A stretch of 64,000 nucleotides of DNA, from IMG/VR virus record IMGVR_UViG_3300036944_000852; one strand, given 5' to 3'. Source of the DNA: an uncultured virus (IMG/VR IMGVR_UViG_3300036944_000852). Taxonomy: Duplodnaviria; Heunggongvirae; Uroviricota; Caudoviricetes. The notes beneath the pieces were generated by a model, which had not been told where the DNA came from, ran no database searches, and saw only the letters and a list, made by a program, of their open reading frames with translations. Position 1 is the first letter of the stretch. Each line of letters starts with the position of its first letter. Positions 1 through 9,661 of this stretch are shown one piece after another. The translations under genes were made by a program, and so were the position numbers.

Positions 1-345
1 AGTTGCAGAGAATGTGTGCATGTTCCATATGCCAGCCCAGATCGGGTTTACATACTCTACATGTTCCATGTGCCAAGGCAGGAAGACTTCGTCTGGTCGT
101 CTATCCCAAGTGACTTCTTGCTCGTGACTACAGGTGTAGAAATCCACCTTAGTTTCATGGGAATTGTTCGGCCACCAACCTAGATCATTGCCCAATTCCC
201 GTATGAGCCAGTCCTGATCAGCGTACTCAAACTTAAAGTCAGAGATGACTAAAATACCGTCAGATAGAAAAGAATCTAGAATCTCTTCTTTTATATTTAG
301 TATGTCTTCTCTACTGGAGACACTGAAAGATTTAGGAACGAGCAT
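1..345 (-). CDS. TauD/TfdA-like Fe(II)/2OG dioxygenase, N-terminal part (runs off the window)
   Basis: Not in the ORF track. Manual translation from ATG at 345 gives MLVPKSF...LGWWPNN...LPWHMEHVEY..IWAGIWNMHTF, which aligns by eye with 34981..35814 (LIGWFPNH...LDWHIEHVDY..VAGLWNMQHF). HxE metal motif. Confidence 0.75.
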   Translation of the reverse strand, partial: MLVPKSFSVSSREDILNIKEEILDSFLSDGILVISDFKFEYADQDWLIRELGNDLGWWPNNSHETKVDFYTCSHEQEVTWDRRPDEVFLPWHMEHVEYVNPIWAGIWNMHTFSAT

Positions 346-441
346 TTAATAAATAAACTTGTCTTTTTCATTCTTCTTAGGCGGGAAAATAAACGACTTC
401 ACTTTCAAGTAAATTCGCTCTAAGTAGTACATAAAACTCAT
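346..441 (-). CDS. 31-aa small protein ending KDKFIY, coupled to the carbamoyltransferase
   Basis: Manual translation MSFMYYLERIYLKVKSFIFPPKKNEKDKFIY*. Its ATG overlaps the upstream TGA (ATGA) and its stop abuts the next ATG at 345. Confidence 0.6.
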   Translation of the reverse strand: MSFMYYLERIYLKVKSFIFPPKKNEKDKFIY

Positions 442-1874
442 CTAATTACTCCTTTTTTGTAGAATCTCTCCCAGGCATCGACATCAGCTTCATCGTTAAG
501 TATCGGCTGACCCTTAATGTTTAAGCTGGTATTTAATAGTACAGGAACACCAGTGAGCTCATACCATCGCTTTAGAACTGCATAAAGCCCTGGGTGCTGC
601 TTCTCGTTCACAGTTTGCACTCTAGATGTGCCATCAGCGTGGACAACACTAGGAATTAGTTCTGGCTTAAGGCATTTAGGCGTGAACTGCATATACGGCG
701 ATGCATAGTTCATATCAAACCACTCGCTCGCATGCTCTTCCATAACTACAGGAGCAAAAGGTCTAAACAACTCTCGCTGCTTAATCTTGTTTACTTTTTC
801 CTTAATATTAGGATCGCGAGGATCAGCAAGAATACTGCGGTTCCCCAATGCTCTTGGCCCATACTCGGCCCTTCCTGTCGCTACTGGAGCGATCTTATCT
901 TCAATAAGGGCGTTTACAATCTTGTCTACAGGGTACTCACCCGAGATATTAGTTCCAAGATATGGTCCAGCCCAGTCAAGCTTTCTCTCGTAAAAAGCTG
1001 CTGCTGCACCTAGAGATGATCCAGCGTCTCCAGGATTTGGCATAATCCACACATCATCAAACAAATCCCAGAGTTCAGTGTTAGCTTTACTGTTTAACGC
1101 GCATCCGCCCATGAAAACTAGATTGCTCTTACCGGTCTTCTTTTTCGCGTATCGCATGAAGTCCATAAGGCGAAGTTCATAGACCTTCTGCACTGCTGCA
1201 GCAATATCAAAGCGATCCTGCTCTGTTATCTCCTGGCCCCAGTTATCTATGCCTTTATGGAAGTTATAGGTTTGATAGTTAAAGATAGGAAAGTAGTGAA
1301 GAACTTTGTAGTAGTACTTAGTCCAGTCGCCATAGGCGGCCATCCCCATCATGATGTACTCTTCTTCATTTGGTTTAAGTCCAATCAAATGAGTGAAGCC
1401 AGAGTAGAACAGTCCATAGCTGAACGGGTACTTCCAGCGCTTAACTTGCTTAAGGTCGTCGCCTTCACCAACCCAGATAGAGCTAGTGGTAAATTCACCT
1501 ATAGCATCTAAGACAACAACTACAGCATCATCAAACGGCGATGTGTAGTAGCCAGCTGAAGCATGTGAGTGGTGGTGATAAGCAACATACGTAGGGATGC
1601 CTTTAAGTTCAGGCATGCTTTTGTAGAATGGTTTGCCGCCACCCAAACCACCGCGTGAAAGAATTCGCCACTTCTTTAGCCAGCGGTCTTCGTAGTAAGC
1701 GATTTTGTCTGGTCTACCGTAGGACAGCGCCTCAAGAATTAGTTCGCGATTGGTGTACCAGTCGTTCTTCTTTTTAGAGTAACGCTCAGCATGAGCAGCA
1801 AAGAGGACTTTACCGTCTTCTATGACGCAAACAGCAGCATCATGCGTAGTCTCATTTATACCAAGAATTCTCAT
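438..1874 (-). CDS. Carbamoyltransferase, NodU/CmcH family
   Basis: ILGIN..HDAA, HH.SHA, DAIGE, MGMAAYG, GGCALN, GDAG, EYGPRALGNRSILADPR, FRPFAP, HADGTSRVQTV and LNTSLN motifs. Confidence 0.95.
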   Translation of the reverse strand: MRILGINETTHDAAVCVIEDGKVLFAAHAERYSKKKNDWYTNRELILEALSYGRPDKIAYYEDRWLKKWRILSRGGLGGGKPFYKSMPELKGIPTYVAYHHHSHASAGYYTSPFDDAVVVVLDAIGEFTTSSIWVGEGDDLKQVKRWKYPFSYGLFYSGFTHLIGLKPNEEEYIMMGMAAYGDWTKYYYKVLHYFPIFNYQTYNFHKGIDNWGQEITEQDRFDIAAAVQKVYELRLMDFMRYAKKKTGKSNLVFMGGCALNSKANTELWDLFDDVWIMPNPGDAGSSLGAAAAFYERKLDWAGPYLGTNISGEYPVDKIVNALIEDKIAPVATGRAEYGPRALGNRSILADPRDPNIKEKVNKIKQRELFRPFAPVVMEEHASEWFDMNYASPYMQFTPKCLKPELIPSVVHADGTSRVQTVNEKQHPGLYAVLKRWYELTGVPVLLNTSLNIKGQPILNDEADVDAWERFYKKGVIR

Positions 1875-1883
1875 GGTACAAGT

Positions 1884-3467
1884 CTACATTCCTTGATACC
1901 CGACGATCCCGATGACTTTTTTAGAGCCGTCAGATAGAGTGACACTGACTTTAAGTAAGTATTGAACAGTAAGGCCAGCAACAAACTTAATACTTGTACC
2001 AGTAGTTGATCGGAGCAACAACCAACTTTCACCGTTAGTATTCGAGATCTCTACATCGTATTTAGTTGCGCCAGTAACAGGAGTCCAAGTAATGTCACCG
2101 ACACTAGACCCAGCTCCACCTCGTTGTGTAGCCACTACAGAACTATTAGTTGGAGGAGCTACTAGAACCGGGGGCGTTATCAGATTGGCAGCTGATGCAC
2201 CAGAGTTACGGATACCGTCAGTAGCTGGTCCAAATCCTTTAGGGGTCTTAGCCAAAACTCTGTATATAGAAGAGTCAGTGGTGCTTCCTCTAGGTAGGGC
2301 ATACATCAGGTTGCCAGTTTCAGCTATAGTCACCCACTTGTCAGATACATACTGCTGAACTACGTAAGTAACCCTTGCATAACTTGACGAGTAGGTAGGC
2401 CTAGTCCACGTTAGTTTGTTGTACTTGATCGTAAATTTACCTGGAGACGAAATGCTTTTATCAATAGCCATGGTGACAACAGGTGATTCAGGAAGCGGAG
2501 ATACCGGAATTACGATTGGCGTATCGGCAACAACCTTTGCCACGTTAAGAAGGTCACTCGCTCTAGACCTAGAGTCAGAAACTACAGACTTCTGGGAGAA
2601 AGAATTTATGGCATTTAGTGCACCAGAATAGTTAGATACATACCCGGCCGACACGTAGGTGGCCATTGCTCCAGAAACAAAAGCAGCTGCCTGGGAGGTG
2701 CCGCTTTTCTGTGACAACCGTCCGCCCATCGCACTGGAAGTTATCTTAGAGCCGGGTGCAAAGATATCAATACAATCTCCCCAGTTGGAGAATGGTGACC
2801 TAGCATCTTGTTCGTTTACAGATCCAACGCTAATAACCCCAGGGGTACTTGCAGGGGAGAATGTACAAGCATCCGACGTGGCGTTTCCAGCAGCTGCAAT
2901 CACTATCATTCCAGCTTCTATCAGCCGAGAAGTAGCGGCGTTTACTGCATCGTCTTTTGGCCCACCAAGACTCATGTTGATAATGGCAGGCTTACCAGCC
3001 GGGTGGTTGCGCAAAATCCAACTAATTCCAGCGGTCAGTGTCGAGGTAGTTCCCTGACCAGAGCAGTTCAACACCCTAACCGGAACTATAGTTGCAGCCT
3101 TTGCCACACCGTAAATGGAGCCACCGACAATCCCGGCAATGTGAGTGCCATGTCCGTTACAGTCTGCTTGATCTAAGTTTTGATTGAAAGCATCAAAGCC
3201 GTCTAGTACTCGTCCGGAGAAATCAGAATGAGTAGCGTCTACTCCCGTGTCTACAATGTAGATGCGTACGCCAACGCCATCACTTAAGTATTCATAGGAA
3301 CCATTGGCGGTTCCATCTATCCTGTCTAGACCCCAGGTTGGCCCAGCTTGGACCTCCATAGTGGTATATATGTTCTCGCTGTAGGCAGTAGTCACTGGAC
3401 CGCCACTTATGGCAGTTCCGACTAATAGAGCTGAAGCACCTACAATGCTGCATATTTTTCTAATCAT
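1884..3467 (-). CDS. S8 subtilisin-family (proteinase K/aqualysin-like) serine protease with signal peptide and C-terminal Fn3-like domains
   Basis: WGLDRID, IVDTG (Asp), NGHGTH (His), AAGN oxyanion Asn, GTSQA (Ser); hydrophobic N-terminus; LTWTRP and ITWTPV Fn3-like strands. Confidence 0.92.
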   Translation of the reverse strand: MIRKICSIVGASALLVGTAISGGPVTTAYSENIYTTMEVQAGPTWGLDRIDGTANGSYEYLSDGVGVRIYIVDTGVDATHSDFSGRVLDGFDAFNQNLDQADCNGHGTHIAGIVGGSIYGVAKAATIVPVRVLNCSGQGTTSTLTAGISWILRNHPAGKPAIINMSLGGPKDDAVNAATSRLIEAGMIVIAAAGNATSDACTFSPASTPGVISVGSVNEQDARSPFSNWGDCIDIFAPGSKITSSAMGGRLSQKSGTSQAAAFVSGAMATYVSAGYVSNYSGALNAINSFSQKSVVSDSRSRASDLLNVAKVVADTPIVIPVSPLPESPVVTMAIDKSISSPGKFTIKYNKLTWTRPTYSSSYARVTYVVQQYVSDKWVTIAETGNLMYALPRGSTTDSSIYRVLAKTPKGFGPATDGIRNSGASAANLITPPVLVAPPTNSSVVATQRGGAGSSVGDITWTPVTGATKYDVEISNTNGESWLLLRSTTGTSIKFVAGLTVQYLLKVSVTLSDGSKKVIGIVGYQGM

Positions 3468-3473
3468 GTCTAG

Positions 3474-3502
3474 AAACTAGCACATAATTAGTAATTGCGC
3501 AA
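3474..3502 (-). promoter_or_regulatory. SigA-like leaderless promoter of the protease gene
   Basis: TTGCGC-N17-TAGTTT-N6-ATG(3467) on the minus strand. Confidence 0.55.
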
Positions 3503-3505
3503 GAA

Positions 3506-4459
3506 CTAGATACAACCTAATTCTTCGAGCTTTTGGTGGAATCTCTCGGCAACATGTATGTTGGCGTGGTACCCCATATGGGACGTTCCGTAGATGTTAC
3601 CATCTGCAGCATAGTCGAAGAGATCTCCGGCTCCGTGCCTATGCTCTTCATGGCAGCCCTGTTCAAGGTCTACATGTGTAGCCTCACACATCGAGACATA
3701 TGAGCCACTATCAATAGGAATACTCCTGTAGAAATCATCAAAGATTATGTTCTCAAATAGGTAGCAGCTATCACCATGCCAAGAGCCCCAGACGAGTTCT
3801 ATATCTACATCTTTACAGTAGTCAACTAGTCTCTGAACAGCGTAAATTGCATCCGCAATAGGGAATTCATACGGCAGAATTTCTTTTAAATTATGAGGAG
3901 TTTTAGAGTACTTAGGGACAACTCGGTCTAACTCTAGGGATGTTCTCATTATCCCGGCAGAAGCGTCAGTTATGTCTGGGCGGGTACCTTCTACCCAAGG
4001 TACTGCGACATCTGTGTTGTACGGTATAGCAAGCCTATACGGGTCAGGCAGCATTACTGCTATGACCTTAGGCTTACCATACCGCCTAATGTAATTGAAG
4101 ATATTTAATACTATTGTCCCGATAGACCAGCCAGAAAATGAAAGATTTACATTTCTTTCAGTGCCAAGCTTGCTCGCCAGTAGGTTCCCCCACATATGCT
4201 CTTCAAGAATCCCCTCGCCAAAAGTCTGAGAACACCCAGCAACTAATAAATCTGGGTTATCTAAAAATTCTCTAGAGCGGTACCCCATGGAATTCACCAT
4301 ATAGCTTTTAACTAGTGGGTGGTCAAATGCCAAATTATCTTTACGGACGCCGGCACTATTGTCTTCTAAATCAAATCTGTTCCAAAAGTTACCCTTTAAA
4401 TACTTACCCTTAAATAGATGCCATATATTAGGAAATTCTCGGGAGTATATTTCTTCCAT
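3506..4459 (-). CDS. SGNH/GDSL-like protein (paralogue 1)
   Basis: NSMGYRS.EF, AGCSQTFG (block I-like), NLS..G.S and a C-terminal D..H.G...H. Paralogous to 4476..5393 and 7298..8290. Confidence 0.6.
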   Translation of the reverse strand: MEEIYSREFPNIWHLFKGKYLKGNFWNRFDLEDNSAGVRKDNLAFDHPLVKSYMVNSMGYRSREFLDNPDLLVAGCSQTFGEGILEEHMWGNLLASKLGTERNVNLSFSGWSIGTIVLNIFNYIRRYGKPKVIAVMLPDPYRLAIPYNTDVAVPWVEGTRPDITDASAGIMRTSLELDRVVPKYSKTPHNLKEILPYEFPIADAIYAVQRLVDYCKDVDIELVWGSWHGDSCYLFENIIFDDFYRSIPIDSGSYVSMCEATHVDLEQGCHEEHRHGAGDLFDYAADGNIYGTSHMGYHANIHVAERFHQKLEELGCI

Positions 4460-4475
4460 TTGTTCTGGAGTGAAG

Positions 4476-5393
4476 TTAATTTTTGCTCACCTGTTTCATA
4501 AAAGCCTCAGCAATGTGAATATTATTATGATACCCCAAGTGCTGGGAGTCCGCGGCTTTATCAAATAAGTCACCAGAGTTTGGCTTTTCTTCGAGGTGGC
4601 ACGATCGCTTATCAGTATCTACCTCAGTAAAAGTATCAACATAAGATGACAAATCGAAATGCAGGCCAATAGCAGGTAGAAACTCTAAAAACGTACGATG
4701 CGTGTCTGTATCCCAAGTTCCCCAAGTCAGATCAATTCCGCTTGCGGTGCAGTATTGGATTAAGTGTTGTATGGCTGTTATGGATAGATATATAGGCAGC
4801 TCTATAGGGGTGATGTCATATTGATTGTGCGGCCGTTTAGAGTAATTAGGTACAGAATATCGATTACGTAGGTGCACGGTCTCCACTCCAGAGTGCGGGT
4901 GCATATCTGATTTTTTAGTTCCAGGAACCCATGGAGTGGTTATCTCGGAATTATATGGAGACACGTATCTAAGCATGTCTGGGAACAGTACATATATCTT
5001 TTTAGGATGCCCATATAGAAGAAAGTAGTTCATCAAACCATTAACTGTGCCCTGAATAGATTGCCCCGGCTGAGACAAGTTTACGTACTTGGAAACACCC
5101 AATCTTTTCGACATTATGTTCGACCACATGTACTCTTCAGGCACTCCAATTCCATAGGTCTGAGAGCAGCCAGAGTAGATAATTTTCGGGTTTTGTGTAA
5201 ATTCAGGCGACCTATACCCGTTGGAATTTAGGTGGTACTTGCTTATCCTAGGGTGCGAAAAGTCCAGGGGACTATTCTTCATGTAAGACTTATCTTCAAA
5301 AGATAGCCACCTATCGAATGTGCCCTTTGAGTACTTACCTAAAAATACACTTTCAACGGTGTACTCATCGATAGGGAAATCTCTTTCCCCCAC
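4476..5393 (-). CDS. SGNH/GDSL-like protein (paralogue 2)
   Basis: NSNGYRSPEF, SGCSQTYG, NLSQPGQS, DSQHLGYH. Confidence 0.6.
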   Translation of the reverse strand: MGERDFPIDEYTVESVFLGKYSKGTFDRWLSFEDKSYMKNSPLDFSHPRISKYHLNSNGYRSPEFTQNPKIIYSGCSQTYGIGVPEEYMWSNIMSKRLGVSKYVNLSQPGQSIQGTVNGLMNYFLLYGHPKKIYVLFPDMLRYVSPYNSEITTPWVPGTKKSDMHPHSGVETVHLRNRYSVPNYSKRPHNQYDITPIELPIYLSITAIQHLIQYCTASGIDLTWGTWDTDTHRTFLEFLPAIGLHFDLSSYVDTFTEVDTDKRSCHLEEKPNSGDLFDKAADSQHLGYHNNIHIAEAFMKQVSKN

Positions 5394-5821
5394 TATGACT
5401 TAATCCCGGTGGAACCAAATCCACCTTCGCCTCTGTCACTTTCAGTAAGGGCGTCTACAACTTTAAACTCTGCAGTCTCAACCTTTTGGATGACCAGCTG
5501 TGCAATTCGATCTCCGGCTTTCACCTCAAAGTCAAGCGACCCAGTGTTTAGCAAGATAACGCCGACCTCTCCGCGATACCCAGCATCGATTGTCCCAGGA
5601 GCATTAAGCACCGTAATGCCATGCTTGAGCGCCAATCCACTACGAGGGTGGACAAGTCCGACATAGCCCTCAGGGATTGCAATCTTGATTCCAGTCTTAA
5701 CTAGAACTCGCTGATGTGCAGCAATGCGAACATCTTCTGCTGAAACTAAATCAGCACCAGCATCTCCTGCAGTTGCGTACTTAGGGACGTTTTCCCCTAC
5801 AACCTCAATTAATACGGACAT
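5393..5821 (-). CDS. dut: Trimeric dUTPase
   Basis: [28 protein letters not shown] and [10 protein letters not shown] motifs. Confidence 0.97.
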   Translation of the reverse strand: MSVLIEVVGENVPKYATAGDAGADLVSAEDVRIAAHQRVLVKTGIKIAIPEGYVGLVHPRSGLALKHGITVLNAPGTIDAGYRGEVGVILLNTGSLDFEVKAGDRIAQLVIQKVETAEFKVVDALTESDRGEGGFGSTGIKS

Positions 5822-5939
5822 ACTTTGCCTCCTCGATCAGTTTCCCTCGACATATTGGACATAGTCCATGCATAAGGGCGTTTATTTTGTACCATACGCC
5901 ACATTTGTGGCAGCAGTCTTTGTCGTCATTCATCGTCAT
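5805..5939 (-). CDS. 44-aa putative zinc-finger protein
   Basis: Not in the ORF track. [44 protein letters not shown], two CxxC pairs, fills the gap between neighbours. Confidence 0.5.
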   Translation of the reverse strand: MTMNDDKDCCHKCGVWYKINALMHGLCPICRGKLIEEAKYVRIN

Positions 5940-6276
5940 TATTTTCTAATTCAGCTCGCTTAGCGGCAAGTTTTTGTTTATGTTCAATAGCTAAATTTGC
6001 TACTGTCTGGTTCTTGTAGTGTACACGCTTAATGCGTTCCATGTAAAAGCTTCTGCAGTTCTCTGCACCCTTAGGGCCACCCCAAACATCTACCCATTCC
6101 ACGCCCTTGTGGTTAGTGACCTGCTGTATGAATCTGAATCGACCACGTTCGCCAGATATCTTTAGCTCGGTGCCAGGGGATACATTTCTACCGTTTATTT
6201 GAATTTCAGTCTGGTAGATCCAGTCATCGTTTGGCTTTGGCCCTTGTTGAATCTGGGATTTCTTTTTTCGCCCCAC
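5926..6276 (-). CDS. Hypothetical phage protein
   Basis: 116-aa ORF in an operon-like run; PGTELKI.G.RGRFRF...WVDV.GG segment. Confidence 0.65.
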   Translation of the reverse strand: MGRKKKSQIQQGPKPNDDWIYQTEIQINGRNVSPGTELKISGERGRFRFIQQVTNHKGVEWVDVWGGPKGAENCRSFYMERIKRVHYKNQTVANLAIEHKQKLAAKRAELENNDDE

Positions 6277-6628
6277 TGATAAAGTCCTCTTCTATTTGCA
6301 TCCACTTAACAACTTCTGGGTTGTCTTTTATGAACGATAGCATAGGTGCTTCCCAAAGTCCAATAAAGTGGTGTTCCCAGATATCGTATTCATCTTTTGG
6401 TTTAGGTTGAACTTGACCAGCGTACACCATAGTTATGACGTGGATGATTTCGTGTAGAAGAGTTTGCTGTTTTTTGTTCAGGGAAATACTGACATCTAAG
6501 ACAATGATGTTCCCCGCATCGAGCGTATATCCGTAAGAATTATCGTTCAGTGTTCCATCTTGCTTGACGGTTCTTTCCTCGATCTTGAAGACCTGACCAC
6601 CGATTTTAACTCTCTTCGGCGTCTCCAT
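6224..6628 (-). CDS. HExxH metallopeptidase-like phage protein
   Basis: TLLHEIIH motif preceded by YG.T....I.LD. Confidence 0.6.
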   Translation of the reverse strand: METPKRVKIGGQVFKIEERTVKQDGTLNDNSYGYTLDAGNIIVLDVSISLNKKQQTLLHEIIHVITMVYAGQVQPKPKDEYDIWEHHFIGLWEAPMLSFIKDNPEVVKWMQIEEDFISGAKKEIPDSTRAKAKR

Positions 6629-7301
6629 TTTGTTCCTCCAGGTTAAGGGCGTCTACGATATTCTTGATACTAGAAGGATACCAGCTGCCCCCTCTAGGGG
6701 TCTGGATGCCGCTTGAATTGAGGGCGTCTGCGATAGCCTGGAAAGAATACCCTAATTTTCTCTTTAAAGCAACTTGATTTCGAACCTCATCCTGGATCAC
6801 CTGCTTAGGGCCTATGTCTCTACCCCAGACTACGCCACGCTGTCTACGGTCCTTGTGAATATCTTTAGCTCGTTCTGCAATGATGCCTCGCTCCATCTCC
6901 GCGAGCGCCGACATAATCGTAACCACGAACCTACCTTGATATGTAGACGTGTCGAGATTCAAATCCAAAAGGATAAGTCGCCAGTTATTCTTGTTGGCCC
7001 TGTCCACAATGTCCAAGAAGTCTTTAGTTGACCTAGCCAGTCTGTCAATCCTAGTGACAATAAGGGCGTCTGCTTCTTTGTTGTCTAACCGCTTAAGGGC
7101 GTTTATTAATTTAGGTCTACCAGAAACATTCTTACCAGAGCGCCCCTCTTCTTTAACTAGCTCACTTTCAGTAAACCCGTACATCTCTCCAGCTTGTCTC
7201 AGAGTTCTCTCTTGAACATCCAACGAGACACCGTCTTCTACCTGCATCGCTGTAGATACGCGTGCATATAGAAGTGCTTTACCAGTAGGGGCGTCTATCA
7301 T
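6606..7301 (-). CDS. Small serine recombinase (resolvase/invertase catalytic domain plus short C-terminal DNA-binding domain)
   Basis: YARVST (catalytic Ser), SG...RP.L, RIDRLARS, AEMERGIIAER, IADALN..G..T.RG..W. Confidence 0.92.
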   Translation of the reverse strand: MIDAPTGKALLYARVSTAMQVEDGVSLDVQERTLRQAGEMYGFTESELVKEEGRSGKNVSGRPKLINALKRLDNKEADALIVTRIDRLARSTKDFLDIVDRANKNNWRLILLDLNLDTSTYQGRFVVTIMSALAEMERGIIAERAKDIHKDRRQRGVVWGRDIGPKQVIQDEVRNQVALKRKLGYSFQAIADALNSSGIQTPRGGSWYPSSIKNIVDALNLEEQNGDAEES

Positions 7302-8290
7302 TTCTTAGCTTTTATGAATGCTTCAAACTGTTCAGCCAAGTGCACATGCTGATGGAGAGTCATGTGACTGCTGTTACCAAAGGATTCATTGAAGTTCTCT
7401 TCATACTGGGCTTTCAGATCAAGATGACAATCCGAGTATTTCTTAGGAAAGTCGCGTCTTTCAGTAGTTTCTCTGTAAATGAACCCGGACATGTCTAGTT
7501 CGTTATAGCCCTCTAGCGATAGGCATTTATATAAGTCCAAAATCGGCTGAGACCAGCTACTCCAAATTAGCTCTATGCCACTAGCGTTGCAGTACGAGAT
7601 GAGCGTAGCCAGAGCCTGCGCCGAGAAATAGAACGGAACCTCGTACGGGGTGACTTCATATAAGTCATAAGGCTTCTTGATGAAGTTATATCTAGGGCCG
7701 TAAGCACTCTTAGGGTTATTGTTTGCGTAATTAAGAGTACTGACCAAGATCTCGTCGGAGGCTTTTTTGTTGGCGGTCTTCCAGCCCAAGAAGCTATTCA
7801 CGTCTCTTCTTAGTGGCATGATCACTCTTTTAAAGTCAGGAATCAGGGCTACAACATATTTAGGTTTACCGTATAGATCGACGTGTCTCATGATGGCATT
7901 AGTTATGTTTTGAACCGACCAGCCAGGAGCAGCGTAGGTTACATAGGACAACCCTAAACTGTCTGCTAGAACCTCGGTCCAGATCTTATCTTGGGCCACC
8001 CCGACTCCAAAAGTCTGTGAACAACCAGCCATTACAAGATCCACTTGCTTCTCCGGTTCGGGAGACCTAAATCCGAACGAGTTTACGGTGTAGGTGTTCT
8101 TCGAGTCCCCGTAAACACTCTCCCCGCTTGGAGGCATTTTATTTTGTTTCGTCGTAAGTTCTGTAAAATTGAAAACTATGTCATCCACAGAAGCTCCCTT
8201 AAACACTCGATCGGATAGGTTTAGCTTGGTGGCTATGCTCTTTTCTCCCGTGAATAAGTTAGGGTTTGGCAGCTTTCTATTAGATCTCAT
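7298..8290 (-). CDS. SGNH/GDSL-like protein (paralogue 3)
   Basis: NSFGFRS, AGCSQTFG, YGKPK, C-terminal SHMTLH.H; leaderless TATACT-N6-ATG start. Confidence 0.6.
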   Translation of the reverse strand: MRSNRKLPNPNLFTGEKSIATKLNLSDRVFKGASVDDIVFNFTELTTKQNKMPPSGESVYGDSKNTYTVNSFGFRSPEPEKQVDLVMAGCSQTFGVGVAQDKIWTEVLADSLGLSYVTYAAPGWSVQNITNAIMRHVDLYGKPKYVVALIPDFKRVIMPLRRDVNSFLGWKTANKKASDEILVSTLNYANNNPKSAYGPRYNFIKKPYDLYEVTPYEVPFYFSAQALATLISYCNASGIELIWSSWSQPILDLYKCLSLEGYNELDMSGFIYRETTERRDFPKKYSDCHLDLKAQYEENFNESFGNSSHMTLHQHVHLAEQFEAFIKAKK

Positions 8291-8334
8291 AACTACAGTA
8301 TAATATAGTTAGGCCCCCATATCTAAGGAGTGAA

Positions 8335-9009
8335 GTGGACAATCAAAGCTCGTATCATATAATTGAAGACTTCCTAACTAAAGAAGAGTGCGCCCAGTTC
8401 ACCGAGATAGTTTTGGCTAATCAGGAGAAAGATCACGACAAGTATCCGCTATTCGACTGGATGAAGATGCAGAACTTCTCGATTTTAGGCGAAATACCTA
8501 GACCATGGGATCCAGACGTCGTCTTTATAAAGAAGTTAAACGAGGCTATTAAAATCTCCTACACCTTCTTTGCTGATAACTACAAAATGAGCGGAACCAA
8601 GTTCGGGTTAAACCGTATTCACGGAAACATCATGACTACAGGGGCAAGCTTTGAGACTCACGTGGACGAGCAGCCAAACGAGCAAGGCATCTATGATGGC
8701 CAGAAGAAGACATATGTAGCCGCATTGTTTCTAAACGATGACTATGTTGATGGCGAGTACTACTTTAAAGATCAAAAAGCCGAGTTCAAGCCAAAGGCCG
8801 GAAGTATTGTTCTTTTCCCGGGCTACTGCACTCCGCACGAAATTCGTAAGATTACCGGGGGAACCAGGGTTAATGTCTTAATCGTGTTTTATGACTATTT
8901 AAAAGACAACTACGAAGAGCTACTTTCATATTACGCTTCGGATGACGGCAAGATGGTTTTTTCTGTTGACATCGAAGATGAAATTAACCAGTACTACCGC
9001 AGATATTAG
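8335..9009 (+). CDS. Prolyl 4-hydroxylase-like 2OG-Fe(II) oxygenase
   Basis: HVD, FLNDDY..GE..F, PKAGSIVLFP, H.I.KITGGTR. Confidence 0.85.
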   Translation: MDNQSSYHIIEDFLTKEECAQFTEIVLANQEKDHDKYPLFDWMKMQNFSILGEIPRPWDPDVVFIKKLNEAIKISYTFFADNYKMSGTKFGLNRIHGNIMTTGASFETHVDEQPNEQGIYDGQKKTYVAALFLNDDYVDGEYYFKDQKAEFKPKAGSIVLFPGYCTPHEIRKITGGTRVNVLIVFYDYLKDNYEELLSYYASDDGKMVFSVDIEDEINQYYRRY

Positions 9010-9626
9010 CTAGTACCTAAACCACCAACAGTGTCATAAGTATTCGGATCAAACTCCGAGATTATGACTTCGTCTGCTGGATCATAGTCCTTAAAGAATA
9101 GAACGTAATTCATTCTTCTGCCTGAAATAACGGCGTTTACTCCGTGGTGGTTCTTGCCCTCAAACAAGATAAGACTTCTAGCTGGGGGCACCAGGCTTAC
9201 ACCAAATTCTGGGAAAAACAGTTCCCCGCCCTCATAATCGTCAGTCAGAAACAGCAACCCCGAGTAATGCTTCTCATTCTTCCTGCGACCTTGGTAGAGG
9301 TCGTCGTCATCGCTGTGCTGCTGAAGGCTAGCCCCATCCGCCATGCTCCCCATAAAACCGCGTTTGTACTCAAAAACATCATTCATCTTGTAGTTGTCTA
9401 AGAAGTACTGCTTACCCTGCTCGATAACCCTAAGCAATGGGAGCACCTCTGGCTCTACAGTGTCCAACTTAGCTAGCCCATTAGTGTACTGGTGCATGTT
9501 AGCGATAGGACAAAACTCCCACCCTGGGCGCGGATCCGGCTGCTTCTTGGCCTCGAAGAACTCTAATAAGCCAGCTAACTCGTCCTCCGAGATGGCGTCT
9601 TCAATCAAATGGTACGGCTTAGTCAT
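9006..9626 (-). CDS. Prolyl 4-hydroxylase-like 2OG-Fe(II) oxygenase
   Basis: HSD, FLTDDYEGGELFF, HGVNAVISGRR. Confidence 0.85.
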   Translation of the reverse strand: MTKPYHLIEDAISEDELAGLLEFFEAKKQPDPRPGWEFCPIANMHQYTNGLAKLDTVEPEVLPLLRVIEQGKQYFLDNYKMNDVFEYKRGFMGSMADGASLQQHSDDDDLYQGRRKNEKHYSGLLFLTDDYEGGELFFPEFGVSLVPPARSLILFEGKNHHGVNAVISGRRMNYVLFFKDYDPADEVIISEFDPNTYDTVGGLGTS

Positions 9627-9661
9627 AAGTTAAGTCTATATCAAGGAAGTGCTCCATATTT

